A stretch of DNA of 49,283 nucleotides from Vermamoeba vermiformis (taxonomy: Eukaryota): assembly GCA_045837725.1 (NCBI GenBank), contig JBEWZL010000151.1, forward strand, positions 186,001 to 235,283, read 5' to 3'. The position numbers were made by a program, and so were the translations under genes. Below are positions 1 to 13,081 of this stretch, piece by piece (position 1 is the first letter of the stretch; every line of letters begins with the position of its first letter). The notes under the pieces were generated by a model that ran no database searches, was not told the DNA's origin, and was given only the letters and a program-made list of their open reading frames with translations.

Positions 1-1028
1 CTCCGCGGCTTTGGCTCAATCTCAAACGCAATCTCCTCAATCTGACGGCGTCGAGAGAACCTTTGAATTCAGCTATACCTACAACAAAGTTGAAGCGCGT
101 ATTAGATTACGCGATGGTGATGCTGAAAGCGAACTCCGTCACCAACTCGAGCTCGGCGATTTCGGCGCTGAATTTCGCGTTGAATTTCAACAAAAAGCTG
201 GCGACACTCAAAACGACCTCCGTATGCGCTTGCGTCTATTTGAATTGATTGAATACATTCCCGATTCAACTCCTGGCTACCAAAACGACACTGTAAGTAT
301 TATATATTTTTGACTTATTAAGGTTCATTATTAACGTCCTATTGCAGGTCGTTAGATCGTACAACAATTGGAACTGGGTTAATTACATCAATGAAAGACC
401 TTCTTCCAATGACTCCAGAGTTTACACTATGAAGACTTACGACAACATCTTTGGCCTAACTGTCCGTATTAACAGCCCTACTAACACCGTCGTCAATGTA
501 AGTCACATTATTAACTCAAACATACGTCTCTAATGCATTTAGGTCAATCCTGAGGACGTCAAATTCGACGTTGAGTTGGACGTTGATGCCATGCGCGCAG
601 CTGGATGGTTAAATGGCACTGAAGTCGCTTTGAAGGTAGCGCTCGTCTCCACACTTGAGTCCAAGCAAGATGGATCCCAAGACGAGTCTTCGATCACAGT
701 TGGCTCCACCGCTGCTTTAGAGCAAGGCTCTTTGTTCTTTTCGTGGCTCAACTACGTGCAATGCGACGTCAACAAAGTGTCAGTGGTGTCCTCGCCAATG
801 CACACCGATGACAGTCAACTTACTTCTGGTGACGAGTCAGGCAGTACTGCAAACGTGGTTGCATTTGCATTTGTTGATTTACAAGATGCATCCAACCGCG
901 CATGTGTTTGGGATCCAGTAGTCTCGGCTTCTCGCGCAAGTTCTCAACCAACAATTGCCAGCTCTGCAGTCGCGCAAGTAATTTCGTTCGTCGTCTTATT
1001 TGTCGGGGCATTCATCACTTTGTTCTAA
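1..1028 (+). CDS. 5'-truncated single-pass membrane/surface protein of unknown function
   Basis: ORFs 11-313, 342-533 and 576-1028 join in frame through GT-AG introns 293-347 and 498-542. The product ends with VWDP, a Ser-rich linker and a hydrophobic C-terminus (VISFVVLFVGAFITLF*). Confidence 0.75.
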
Positions 1029-1149
1029 GCATTTAGCATTCATTAGCGAGCGTAGTAAAATTCTTTCTTTTTTTGTGATTCATGTTTTGTCCCATTCGTT
1101 TCAAAAGCACATATTGCGAACTATTTATACCATAACTACAAGAGAAGCG

Positions 1150-2723
1150 ATGAAACATAGGAGCGCTTTTGCTTGCGTTTTGTTGTTCTCTTCTGTTGCA
1201 TACGGAGCTCTTCAATGGCAGCCAAGCACGCTGTACTTTGAGTTCGATCTACCTCGGAGTACTAATATTACAAAGCAGGTGTACCTCACGAGTAACTCAT
1301 CCTCTGTAGTAAATTATTGGACAATTGACCCCTATTCGTTTTCTGACTGTAAGCGATTAACATTTCCGCAATTTAAATATTTATTGATAAATAATATAAT
1401 TTGTATTAAAATAATACAAACTATTGTGGATTGTCAACATTAACGTTTTTTGAAACGATCTGGCAACTTGTCACCAGATTTGTTGACTAATTGTATCATT
1501 TAATAAAGGTCGCATCCAAGGATTTAGCATTTCGCCTATGGAAGGAGAATTAAGCGTCTTTCTCAATTCACTAATCGTTTTCACGATCGATCCAACTGTT
1601 TATGATCAGACCGCCCAGTGGCCCATTGATGGTAGAATGCAAGCTACTATTTATATCGAAGTCCGCGCTGTCTCAGGTAGCCGTCCTGTTATTGCGGAGA
1701 TTCTCCACATTGTCAACCGAAAAATTGATCCTATTTTTCTAACAAATAATGTTTGTTATATTAGATTGGTGTACATACCACGACCACTCGTATTGTAATA
1801 ACGGCGCTTGCAATAACGTTACGCAAAATTGTGATTGCGAGCCAAATTTCTACGGATCAACTTGTGACACTTATTGCTTGGCCAATACAACTTGTTCAGG
1901 GCGTGGAAGCTGTTCTAACGACGGCTCTTGTGCTTGTAACGCTAATTGGTACGGAAAGGTACGTAATAGTTCGTTGCATACGAAGCTGTTGTTGAACTGA
2001 GTTCCATTGATCGAACCGGATCCTAGGGGAAAGTGGATTCGCTCCTGCAATTCTTCATTAATTTCAATACATGTATATAGATAGCTCTTTTAACTCGATT
2101 TATTGTCTAGAACTGCAGCACATTCTGTGATCCAGCGATCACGTGCTTCAAACATGGAACTTGCTCCAACAGCACTGGCACTTGAGACTGCCACGAGAAT
2201 TACTTTGGAGACGTAAGAATAAGAATGCGATTCGATGGCTCACTGACAGAACTAAATATTTAGCTAACACTATGTCGTGGATATACTTATTTATACTTTT
2301 CTTTGTAGCAATTCATTGTACGATCCAGCCGTCGATTGTTCAGACCACGGCACGTGTGCTGATGCAGGTAATGCTTGCAATTGCACGATGGATTATTGGG
2401 GTGAACATTGCGAGCACGATTGTTCATGCAATGGCAACGGCCAATGTGACGCAACTGGTCAATGTGTTTGCTTTCCGGGCTTCTTTGGCCAATCATGCAG
2501 CACTCAGTGCAAAAAAGAAACAACGTGCAATAATAACGGGGAATGCTCTGCTGACGGATCGACTTGCATCTGCGCTGACCATTACTTTGGATCTACTTGT
2601 GCATTTGATATGCTTCTAATTGGCATTTGTGTTGGAATAGCACTACTAGTAGCTGTCGTTGTTGGTGCGGTTTTGATCAGAGAGCGGTTGAGAAACAAAC
2701 AGCGCTATCAACAAATTCAATAA
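1150..2723 (+). pseudogene. EGF/laminin-EGF repeat type I membrane protein, paralog 1, probably disrupted
   Basis: Signal peptide MKHRSAFACVLLFSSVAYG, repeated CxxxGxC...CxC..xYG modules, TM IGICVGIALLVAVVVGAVLI and tail RYQQIQ*. In-frame TGA at 2183-2185 where a Cys is expected, and no in-frame acceptor found for the last exon. Confidence 0.6.
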
Positions 2724-2939
2724 AATCGAAGCGTTTTGCATGTAGTAATCCCGCAAGGCAAACGAATAATTACTATTAGTTTTCGGTACCGAAATTGCAA
2801 GAACTAGAAGAACAAATATGCAATCAAATTTACGTGCTTGTTCTCCGATTTTGTGATTCAAGGGACGAAAGTCACCAAAAAGCAAGAAACGAGCTCAACA
2901 ACCTGTTTCGTCTTATTATAATTGAATGAATAACCACAA

Positions 2940-4435
2940 ATGAGACGAGCTAGCATTTTTGTATTTTTCTTGATTGTCGTGGTGACATCCGCCATGGAAT
3001 GGCACGAGCCCTACATCCGCTTGACGGTTAATATACCGTCTGATGGCGAACCTATAGAGGCTACTAGCTTCCTTCGACCAACAGATGAAGAAGAAGATAA
3101 CGAACAGTGGACATTTGTTTCGGACTCTATTGACGCATGTATGAATTGTTAGTTAAATACTCCGTTCAATTTATTTGCTTTATTAAAATCCTTTTTAAAG
3201 TTAAAACAAATTAATGCTGCTAATTTGTTTTAACTTTAAAAAGGATTTTAACGAGCCCTTTAAATACAGGCCTTATCCCTGGATTAACTATCCATCCTAT
3301 GCACTCTATTCTTACGGACAATTCCCCACCTGTCACATTTGCAATCGATCCAAAAGCCTTCACGCAGATCCAACAGCAAACCTGCTTTCTTGATGTCTAT
3401 CTCACGTTTGATCATTCCGACAGAACTAAAATATTGCTCGAAGTGGATGCAGTGTCAGGTATATCATTAATAACTAAACAAAGATCTTTTTTGACCTCAG
3501 AGTCAAGATCGGATCGACGATCTCGGTTCTAAAGACTATAACCGACAACTAATATAATTTTCATTTGCAAGATTGGTGCACGTATAACGGTCCTGAATAC
3601 TGTACCTTTGGCACGTGCAACAACGTCACTCATTCTTGCGATTGTGATGTTAATTTCTACGGTCCGAGGTGCAACACTTATTGCACGGCCAATAGCACGT
3701 GCTCAGGTCACGGAAGTTGTGCAAACAATGGTACTTGCATCTGTGAACCCAATTATTACGGAGAGGTGCGTACAAAAGGTCTTAAAGCAAGTCGCGTCAA
3801 AATGACACCTGTCACTTCGAGCGCTAACCGCACACTTTCTATGTAATCTAATTATCATTTCAGAGGTGTGACATTTATTGCGATCCGTTAATCACGTGCT
3901 CGGATCGAGGTCAATGTTCTGGCAATGGTTCTTGTCTATGCAACGAAAACTACTTTGGATACGTAAGGCTCACTCAAAGTTATTCTATTTTGGTACAAGG
4001 CATTGACTTTAGAAACATTTTTAGACTTGTGCCACGTTCTGCAATGCTACGACAATGTGTTCAGGTCACGGCACTTGTGACTTTTTTGGCACTGGATGCG
4101 ACTGCGACAAAACTCATTGGGGCGCTCACTGCGAGAACGAATGCACGTGCTTTAACGGCCATTGCAATTCAACTGGCCAGTGTGCGTGCGATGAGAATTA
4201 CTTCGGCGAGGCGTGTAATATACCGTGCACGCGAGAAGACACGTGCAACAACAACGGATATTGCTCCGACGATGGATCGTGCATTTGCTTCCCTCTTTAC
4301 CTCGGATCTACTTGCTCAGTTAACAAGGTGATTTTGGGAATAAGCATTGGATTGGCTGGATTGTTTGCTATTATTATTGGAGCATATTCCGTACGAGAGT
4401 GTCAAAGAAAGCGTCGTTATCAACAAATACAATAA
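2940..4435 (+). CDS. EGF/laminin-EGF repeat type I membrane protein, paralog 2
   Basis: Signal peptide MRRASIFVFFLIVVVTSA, beta-rich N-domain, EGF-like repeats over several exons, TM ILGISIGLAGLFAIIIGAY and tail RKRRYQQIQ*. Confidence 0.85.
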
Positions 4436-4943
4436 ACTGGCTATTGAAATTTACGTAGCGTATTAATTTGCATTAAAGTACAGGCATCTATTATTAGGAC
4501 CGCTCTTAGTCAAATAAAGTCGGGCACCTTTTTTAAAAATTCTATCCATCGATTTTCGCAAGTTAACAACATTGCTCCGAAAAATTCATATTAATGTTTA
4601 ATATAATATTATATTAATATTTCCGTCACTGTAATGATGATGGGCGGGTAAGTGGGATTATAAACCATTGTAATTAATTTTTTAAACGTAACCTACGTAC
4701 CCTAATAATGTCATATAATTTTAAATTGATTGAGTTAAATAATACGCACCATATTTTTGTTGCCAGAATATTGCGATTGTTTATGGTGCGATTTTTTGTG
4801 GTGTGTGCATCAGGTGAAGTGATCTTTCTTTTTTTCGTGATTCATTTTGCGAACGAGTTCGGAACACACTTCCACAACGCAGGGACAGCACATAAATTGT
4901 TTCTCGAGTTACTTGTGTTATTGTGTTTATTAACGAGCAGCAG

Positions 4944-7124
4944 ATGCAACGCACGATCCTTCTCGTCCTATTGGCTCTGCTGTGCCAAACCTCGTTTGGT
5001 ATTAAATGGAGGCAAACAAATATCAAAGAGACATTTAGGTTACCATTAACTGGCAATCCTTCATCCGTGTCTAACGCCATCCAGCGGAGTATTGGAGATC
5101 CAGATAGATTCAACTGGAGAACGACCAACTCTGGCTCATGTAAGATAATCCACGTAAATTATTTTCATATTAAATATTAAAATATTCTTTGTTAGGCAAT
5201 GGAATAAGTATTAGCCCACAAACTGGAACGAGACCGACTAACGTTCAAATAAGCTTCAATAAAAACAGCTTTACTACGCTTGGCACCTATGTGTGCAAAA
5301 TAAGAGCTAGTTCGTCCGGACTTTCTCCTAGTACTTTGACTATCACGATTAATGTAGTGTCAGGTAAGATCGGACTGGTCGGGAAGTTACCTGACTGTAT
5401 TTAATATGACCATGCTGATAATATTATTTCCTATAGATTTGTGTACATATCAAACGAATCCTGATGGATATTGTGTGTCTAAAAAGTCCACCCACGCTTA
5501 CTGCGACAAATCCACCGGCGAATGTCTCTGCGAGGATAATTACTACGGCTCTCTCTGCAACACTTATTGCACTAATAGCACGTGTTCGTATCATGGTACT
5601 TGCTCTACTTCAACGGGAGCTTGTGTTTGTCAGGTATGCCTGCACGATCTACCTGTTTTGTAACGTGTCACTAAGGTCCTTTAGGCACCTTATTATGGAA
5701 CTGCGTGCAATGTATTTTGCAACAGCACGTTGAACTGCTCGAGCAATGGCATTTGCAACAAGTCTGGCCTGTGCACGTGCAATACAAATTATTATGGATC
5801 TGTAAGTTAGATCGCCGTAGCATAACTTGACATATTTATCTTCAGCATATATATGCTCATTTAATATAATTTTAGAATTGTTCTGTTTACTGCAATGCAG
5901 CCACAAGCTGCTCTAATGCTGGGACCTGCAGTCCATTGGGCACGTGCACTTGTAACGCAGGCTATTACGGCGAGCACTGCCAATACAAACAATGTCCTGC
6001 TTGTTCAGCACACGGTCAATGCAACAATAGCACGGGTATCTGCGAATGTGACGCGAATTTTTATGGCACGACATGTGACACTTTCTGCGATGCACGTGTC
6101 ACTTGCGACAATCATGGCACTTGTAATAATGTTACAGGAAGTTGTGACTGTCAAGCTAATTGGTTTGGCTCGGTAAGTACTTAATTTGATCTAATTTTCA
6201 ACGAGCACTAACTGTCAAAATGACACTGCTGACACGTGTCACTTTTTGCTTTTTTTAACGTTTTGTTCCTTCGTAGAACTGCACGAATTATTGCAACGCT
6301 GAAACTGATTGCCATGGCAATGGATATTGTAACGAGAACGGGCTTTGCGAATGTAATCTGAACTACTTTGGAACGGTATGAAGCATAGTTTTGATTTCAA
6401 ACCTTCTTAACTTTTTTCTCAGAATTGCACGACCTTTTGTAATGCCGCTACTAATTGCACCAATCACGGCACTTGCAATCCACTTGGCGGCTGTGACTGT
6501 TATACATCGTATTATGGCGATCAATGTCAGTACAAACAGTGTCCTAATTGTTCCGTTCACGGCACGTGCAATAACTCTACGGGACTTTGCGACTGCGAGA
6601 CGAATTTCTACGGCCAAACTTGCGATGTTTATTGCAATGCTACAATGTGCGGAGACCACGGACATTGTTCAAGTTTGACTGGGCTCTGTCAATGCGATCT
6701 AAATTATTTTGGCCCTAGTTGCGATATATTCTGCAGCAGTGAGAGCTGCGTGCATGGATTTTGCAATGCAAGTCATACTTGCCAATGTTTTGATAATTAT
6801 TTCGGCGACAATTGCACCTTTTCATGCGACAACGGCGAATACGACGCTGCTAATAGCACGTGCATTTGCAAAGAAGGCTTTTTTGGCGCTAGTTGTCAGA
6901 CTCACTGCGTAGCCAATACTACTTGTAATAATAGGGGCTACTGCGACGAAAATGGATCTTGCATCTGCACTGACGACGCTTACTTTGGTTCACGCTGCGA
7001 TGTCAACAAGTTAGGTCTTGGATTAGGCCTTGGTTTGAGTGGATTGGCTGTAGTTGGCGCAGCTACAACCATACTTATTTGTAAAAAGAGAAAGAAGAGC
7101 GGTTACGAACCAATCCAAGACTAA
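4944..7124 (+). CDS. EGF/laminin-EGF repeat type I membrane protein, paralog 3 (longer repeat stalk)
   Basis: Signal peptide MQRTILLVLLALLCQTSFG, Ig-like N-domain, more than 10 EGF-like modules with many NxS/T sequons, TM GLGLGLGLSGLAVVGAATTILI and tail KKRKKSGYEPIQD*. Confidence 0.85.
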
Positions 7125-7469
7125 AATAAATCAGCTTCCAAGCTATATTTTGCATTTGCTTGTGGATTTACGTTGAGCACGCGATACGGTGAAGGAATAA
7201 ACAGTGCCTTACGCAACGGTACACTCGCGGAATCGGTGCTTTATTCACCAACTTATGAAGTTAAAACTCACGTACTTCTAACAAATAATAATATGAATAC
7301 TATTATTAGTTTCTACTACGATTAATTGTTTTGTAAATTATAACTTGCGTGCGGTCCGGTCCCCGGGTGATTTCCGTTTAGTTCCGACTTTTATTTTGTT
7401 GTAGAACAGCCGGTTGATGACCAATCAACTAATTGTCTAAGAAGCATTCGCTAGGAGTCCAATTAGTGA

Positions 7470-9990
7470 ATGTCAAACGGTAATAACCCGTGGTCAGAAA
7501 ATTAGTGATCTGATCAGATTTATTGATCCAGGTATAAATGGAGACGAAGACGCAGCACGTCTAGTAATTCCTGATGAACTACTTACGGAGTACATGAGCG
7601 ATGCGGAACCAGAGCTGCCCGAAAAAACCACATGGAGCACGCGACGTATTGTTGGATTCAGGTAATTTAATTTAAATATTTTTATATTGATTCAATTACG
7701 AAATCAAATAATATGATTGTATTTATCCGAGCATAAAAAATTAGTTTTGAATTATATGAACTTTCTGATCGGTCGGAAATTTGCGGGCAATGACGGATCG
7801 GCACTAACCCATAATTACAGCTCATTTTACATGGCATTCTATTCTGCCGTAATAGTCACATTAGTAGTCCTTCTACCGCAGTAAGTACTTTCCTGTAAAT
7901 TTAATTAATTGAACGTTCGCGACTTCTTCCCATCCGGATCTTTCAATCACAACTAAATTTTATTAATATAATATTATAATGTAGTCAAGTGGAAGGTTTT
8001 GTTGGCGCCGAAAATAAAGGCAAAGCGCTAGGCTCAATGCTTACAGTCGGAAATGTTTTGCTCGTAACGGCATTGCCTTTCACGGGCTTGTTGAGCGACA
8101 AAATTTCAACACCCATTGTAAGTACAGTGTAATGCTTATATATGATACTTAACTACTCATATTAACACGATTAAACATTTTCTATCGATTTTCTAACGAA
8201 TCCAAAAAGACGATCGGATCTTTTCTAGCAATAATCCGAATGGATTTAAGCCTCAATCTTTGCATACTTATTTCCTTTTTAGGGAAAACGCAAGCCACTC
8301 GTCATTGGAGGCTCATTGTTATTTTGCGTCGGTTTGATTGGCTGTGCGCTGAGCACGAGTTACTTCATGTTGTGCATATTTTTTAGCTTGTTGTGCTTGA
8401 TGAATGCTTTTCAAACACCTTCATATCAAGCAGTAGTGCAGGATTTGGTAAGCTATATATGGCCATAACTCAATCTATTGACTACTAAACGAAAAAATAT
8501 CCTCGAAAGATCCAGATCTGCAACAATTTTTTTGAAAAAACCGAAATTTTCGTTAAGAAAGCTATTTATACTATTTTATGCAACAATCATTATATTAATT
8601 TATATCTTATAATTACAGGTGCCAGTCCAACAACGAGGAACAGTTTCGTCGGTCGTGCAATCGTTCGGACAGTTCGGAGCATTATTAGGCGGAGTTTATG
8701 GGCTATTTTTAGGCACATATTTGTCCATTCAAAGCGTGTATTTCATTCTCGTGGCATTCTATCTCGTCGTGTTGACCATTTCCATGCTCAGTTTTCGTGA
8801 AAAAGTGCAGCTGCCGAAACAACCTTCTAAATACGAGGAAATTGACGGAGAAATTAGAGAATATAAGCCGAGGACTATTGGTGCTTGGCTAAGAAACTTT
8901 TTTTATCCATTGAAAAGTGCCAACTTTAGGTACGACTTTTTTTCGTACATTTTTCACAGAAATTAATAATCATGATATTATTTATCAATATTGAATTTAT
9001 TGACGCGATTAGGTTTGAACTCCGATGATATTAATTCGTTTGTTTTTTTTCCTAGGTGGTTCTTAGTGATGGTGTTTTTGAACAACTGCGGTGATTCATT
9101 GTTCCGCTCATTTTTGCAGTACTATTACCTCGATTCGTACAAAGAATTCGATTTCTTTGGCGTGTTGACATTCAACCGCGCCACTGCTGCTTCGGGATTT
9201 TCATCGGTGATCATGTATTCTTGGTACGTGCAAAAAAATATATTAGCTATAATACGCAGTAATAATATGATGTTTTAATATTTTAATCCAAACTTCGTGT
9301 CAATGTTGCCTTTTACGTATAGCCAGAGAGATTTTTTTGGATCTGATATTTGAAATAGTAACTAATTTTTATCAATCTACTAGTGCTGTTGGCATGTCCT
9401 TATCATCGCAGTGGATTTCAAAGCGAGTTCCACGTAGAATTATGTCGTCATTTGCACAAATATTTTTCTTGACACGTACGTAGTGATTGACACAACAAAA
9501 GTCTTTAAGTTTCAGCGAATAATAATTAATCATTATCAGCGCCTATTGTCCTCATGCTGACGCAATCGTTCACATTGGATGTGTGCATGTTCATAGTGTA
9601 CGGCATTGGCTACGGCATGTACAATGGAATTCTTTGGGCATTTGTCGCGGATGTGGTTGACGACTTGTTTGCGAACAGCAGAGAAGACGAACACGCGTTA
9701 ATTAGCAACGCTAAAGATATGGGGTACGTTGACACCGTCAGGTTGATCAATCACGTGCTCATTATTTCCTTTTTAGGCTATGGCAAACAATCTCACTGTT
9801 GTCCAAAGTGGTCGTTCCAGGCGTGGGTGGATTCATATTAGACACATTTGAAACCATCGGCAATGAGAATGGCGTGCCGAGACTAGGCTATATTTGTATA
9901 TATTCATTAGCTGCGTTAATTTTTGTCGTCAGTGGCTTGGCTGCATTGAAAATCAAAGTCAGCAATGACAAAGTTCGGTCAAGACACTAA
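7470..9990 (+). CDS. Major facilitator superfamily transporter (SLC45/SUC/GPH-like)
   Basis: Multi-exon hydrophobic protein with MFS motif A-like GLLSDKISTP-GKRKP, QDLVPVQQRGTVSSV and AFVADVV. Start codon inferred from splicing. Confidence 0.8.
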
Positions 9991-10094
9991 CGAACGAAAA
10001 TAACATTGTAAATACACACATTCGATGCAATCTCGAGAGAACTTATTTTTATTAATATAACAAAATCTTCTATTTACATAACGCTACTAAGTCA

Positions 10095-12656
10095 TTAATA
10101 GCATTCACCTACGTCGCACACCTCTTGCATCCATTCAGGAACAGGACAAGCAAAACTATTATTTGCCGCACTGCACGAGAAGAGATTTGGCATGCTCGTG
10201 TTGAAAATGTCAGGCGAAACAGAAGTGAAGTAATTGTGCGCGATGCCCAACCAAGCGAAGCCTTCTAAGCTTTCGTAAGGCAAAGTGAACTCGCCCGTGA
10301 AGTTATTGTAGCTGATGACGAGTGACTCCAACTTCTTGAGCGAGAGAATTGACGTGATTGAGCCGGTCAGACGGTTCACAGCAACTCCGATCTCTTTCAG
10401 TGCTGGACTGCTGAACGCGGGTATTGTGCCTTGCAAGCGGTTTCTACCAAGTTCAATGACCTCTAAGTAAGGCAAGTCCGCCAGTTCTTGAGGAATCGTG
10501 CCCTTCAAGTTCGTCTTCTCGGCACGGAACGACTTCAACTTTTTGAGCTGGGCAATGGACGCAGGAATCTCCCAAGCAGCGAATCGATTGATGCTCAAAT
10601 TTAAGTCGCTAAGATTTAACAGCGAAAACACTCCTTTGGGAATCGTTCCGTCGATCTTGTTGTCTTCAATGGCGAATACTTGCAAATTCTTCAACTTTTC
10701 AAGCGACTCTGGAATCGGTCCTGATAATTTGTTGAAAGACAGAACCAATCGCTCTAAGAACTCCAAGTCACCAATCGATGCAGGAATTGTGCCTTGCAAC
10801 GAGAATCCGGCCAACTGTAGACCCTTCACGCGCTGATTATCGTTGCATTCAACACCGTCCCACTTGCAGATTGACGGCCATTGCGTCCACCCGTCTTGTG
10901 TCATCCAATTTGAGCCATTTGTCGCGTTGTAGAGCTCTTCGAGTATCAATCTTTCGTACGCTAGTGGCTCGGAAGGAGGCTTCGAAACGCCAGGAGAGGC
11001 AGGCGGAGAAATAGGACTGAGGGGCTTAGTGGAATTGATCTTCTCGATGTAGGGCATGACAAAAAAGAAGCCAATCGCGGCACTGACGATGAGCAAGGTC
11101 GCTACTGAGACACCAATCAGCCACCGCAGGTGCACATTCTTGGAGCCAGATCTGGCTTGAACCTCGAAAGGTGTCACGTGACCGCCGTTCACTGAATGAT
11201 CTGAGTACTGCTTCCTCTTTCTTTGTTCTTTCTTCATGAACTCGGTGTAAAGCATGTCGACCACTTGATGGATCTGGTCTGTCTTCGAGTTGAGTTGATC
11301 AATGTCTTTGAAGTTCTGTTTGATCGATTCGCTCAGATAAGGTATCAATGACTCGTAGTCCACATGCAAGATACCATCGATCAGTTGCACTGCTTGAGGA
11401 ACAACACTTTCAATCTGTTGTGCAATGTAGCCCACGAATCGTCTGTTTGAATCGTTGTTGCCGCGCACTCCTTCTTTGAACTTGTATTCGACTCCATCGA
11501 TCTTCATCAGAACTTCACGTGGGTTACGATCTAAAAATAGAAATTTAAATTTTGTGGATATTAATGACTTTTTATCGTTAAAAGGTACCTTGTGCCAATA
11601 ATTTAATGTCCTCTTTTATATTAATGTCCGACGCTTTATAGAAATTCAACGCTCTGAAATTTCCAATAACTTCAGCATTGCCATTGTATAATACCATAAA
11701 ATGATCGTCATGGAGATATTCCCTAAAAGATTCTATTTAGATTTTCGTTCTTTTGGTCAGATCCAAATTTGGAAAATTAAGCTAGAAAATTGTGTGGCAC
11801 ATACGGAGCATGCATAATCTGTCGTTCGTTGATAGGATAATGCTCAATACTTAAATAAAAGTTAGTAATACGTTGGGAGATTAATTAACGAAGATCTCTT
11901 ACTCTAGAACGTGCTCGGGTGATTCAAATGCCTCAAAACTTCCCTCTCCCTCTGAAGTGTTATTTGCAGGCATCATTAAACTATCGTCATCTTCGTAAGG
12001 TGATGAATAATAATTTGGGGAAGGTTCAGATGAACTTTGCACGGGATCGGCTTTGAATTCTGTCACATGCCATTGAATAGGAACGACCACTAATTAAGTA
12101 ATTATAAATATATAGAACGAATTTAGCAATTTATATTGATTTGTATCGATATAGCTTTTTGGGCTAGGCACATCAGGGTCTTTGTTTACTTACCTTCTGG
12201 TTCTAATCCAGAAACTTCTTCTGCCACGCGTCGTTTAGGTAATAATTTGCATATTGTTGAGCTTCCGGTGCTTAGAAGCTTGCCAGTTCCAGAGAAACAA
12301 TTAACGTGGAATCTGATCGCGTTATGTTTGACACGTCTAAAATCAAAAACTCCAGGCTCCACTTTTAGCTGTAAAATTAATCCTTCTATTATTGTTGAAT
12401 TTGCTTTGGTCTGAAAGCGGTAAGGACTTCGTTTTGCCCACGAGATGCCATCTGGTGTTATGGCTTCTGTTCCTCCTTCACATTTAATCAATTGAACTTG
12501 ATAATGCCAACTTTCATTAATGTCTGTCTTCGTTAATGTTAATCCAAAGCTTGGTGCTGTTGTTTGTGTAAACGCAAATCCGCGAGCTTCTCCTCCACCA
12601 AGAGGTATAAAGAGCTGAAAGTTGTTTTTAACGTGGATCTGCTGTTGCTGCATCAT
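10095..12656 (-). CDS. MYRF-like membrane-tethered protein A: N-domain + peptidase S74/ICA autocleavage domain + TM + plant-type LRR ectodomain
   Basis: Exons 12656-12194, 12089-11903, 11849-11805, 11722-11589 and 11530-10095 splice in frame. ICA motifs GNAEVIG..FYKA-SDINIKEDI, GYIAQQIESVVPQAV and VDYESLIPYLSESIKQ. TM WLIGVSVATLLIVSAAIGFFFV, LRR N-cap CKWDGVEC and LxxLxLxxNxLxGxIP repeats. Confidence 0.85.
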
Positions 12657-13081
12657 CGCGCAATTGTAACTTTAAGTTAATTAACCGCAGAAGAAAAATT
12701 TGTTCTGGATAACCCACATGTCAGCGCGAATGTCAATTGTCACTGGCAGTTTACGTAAACTGGCCGGACCTACCGAAGAGCATGCAACGTCTGCCACTAG
12801 ATTATGCTCTTGACATCCAAATCGCTAGTTCTACGCTTTAAATGGCTCCGCGGAGCAATCGTACACCGAAAATATCGTCTCCCTTCTTCGGAACAAGCTG
12901 AAAAGGTCAGAATTCACTTCGGACCGGTAGGAATATATTTATTATTAAATGTAATAATTTTGTGCCACTGAGAGTCACTGCGTTCGAACATTCAATTGAC
13001 AAAACCGATGTTCGTTGGGAATCACAATTTCCTCCTTTTCCGAACTGCGTTTACTAAGCTATTATATTACATTTTAAACAA

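Noticed and set aside
2183-2185. Selenoprotein or alternative genetic code
   Set aside because: Single instance accompanied by other signs of decay. No other in-frame TGA was needed in the gene models I traced, and no SECIS was recognised.
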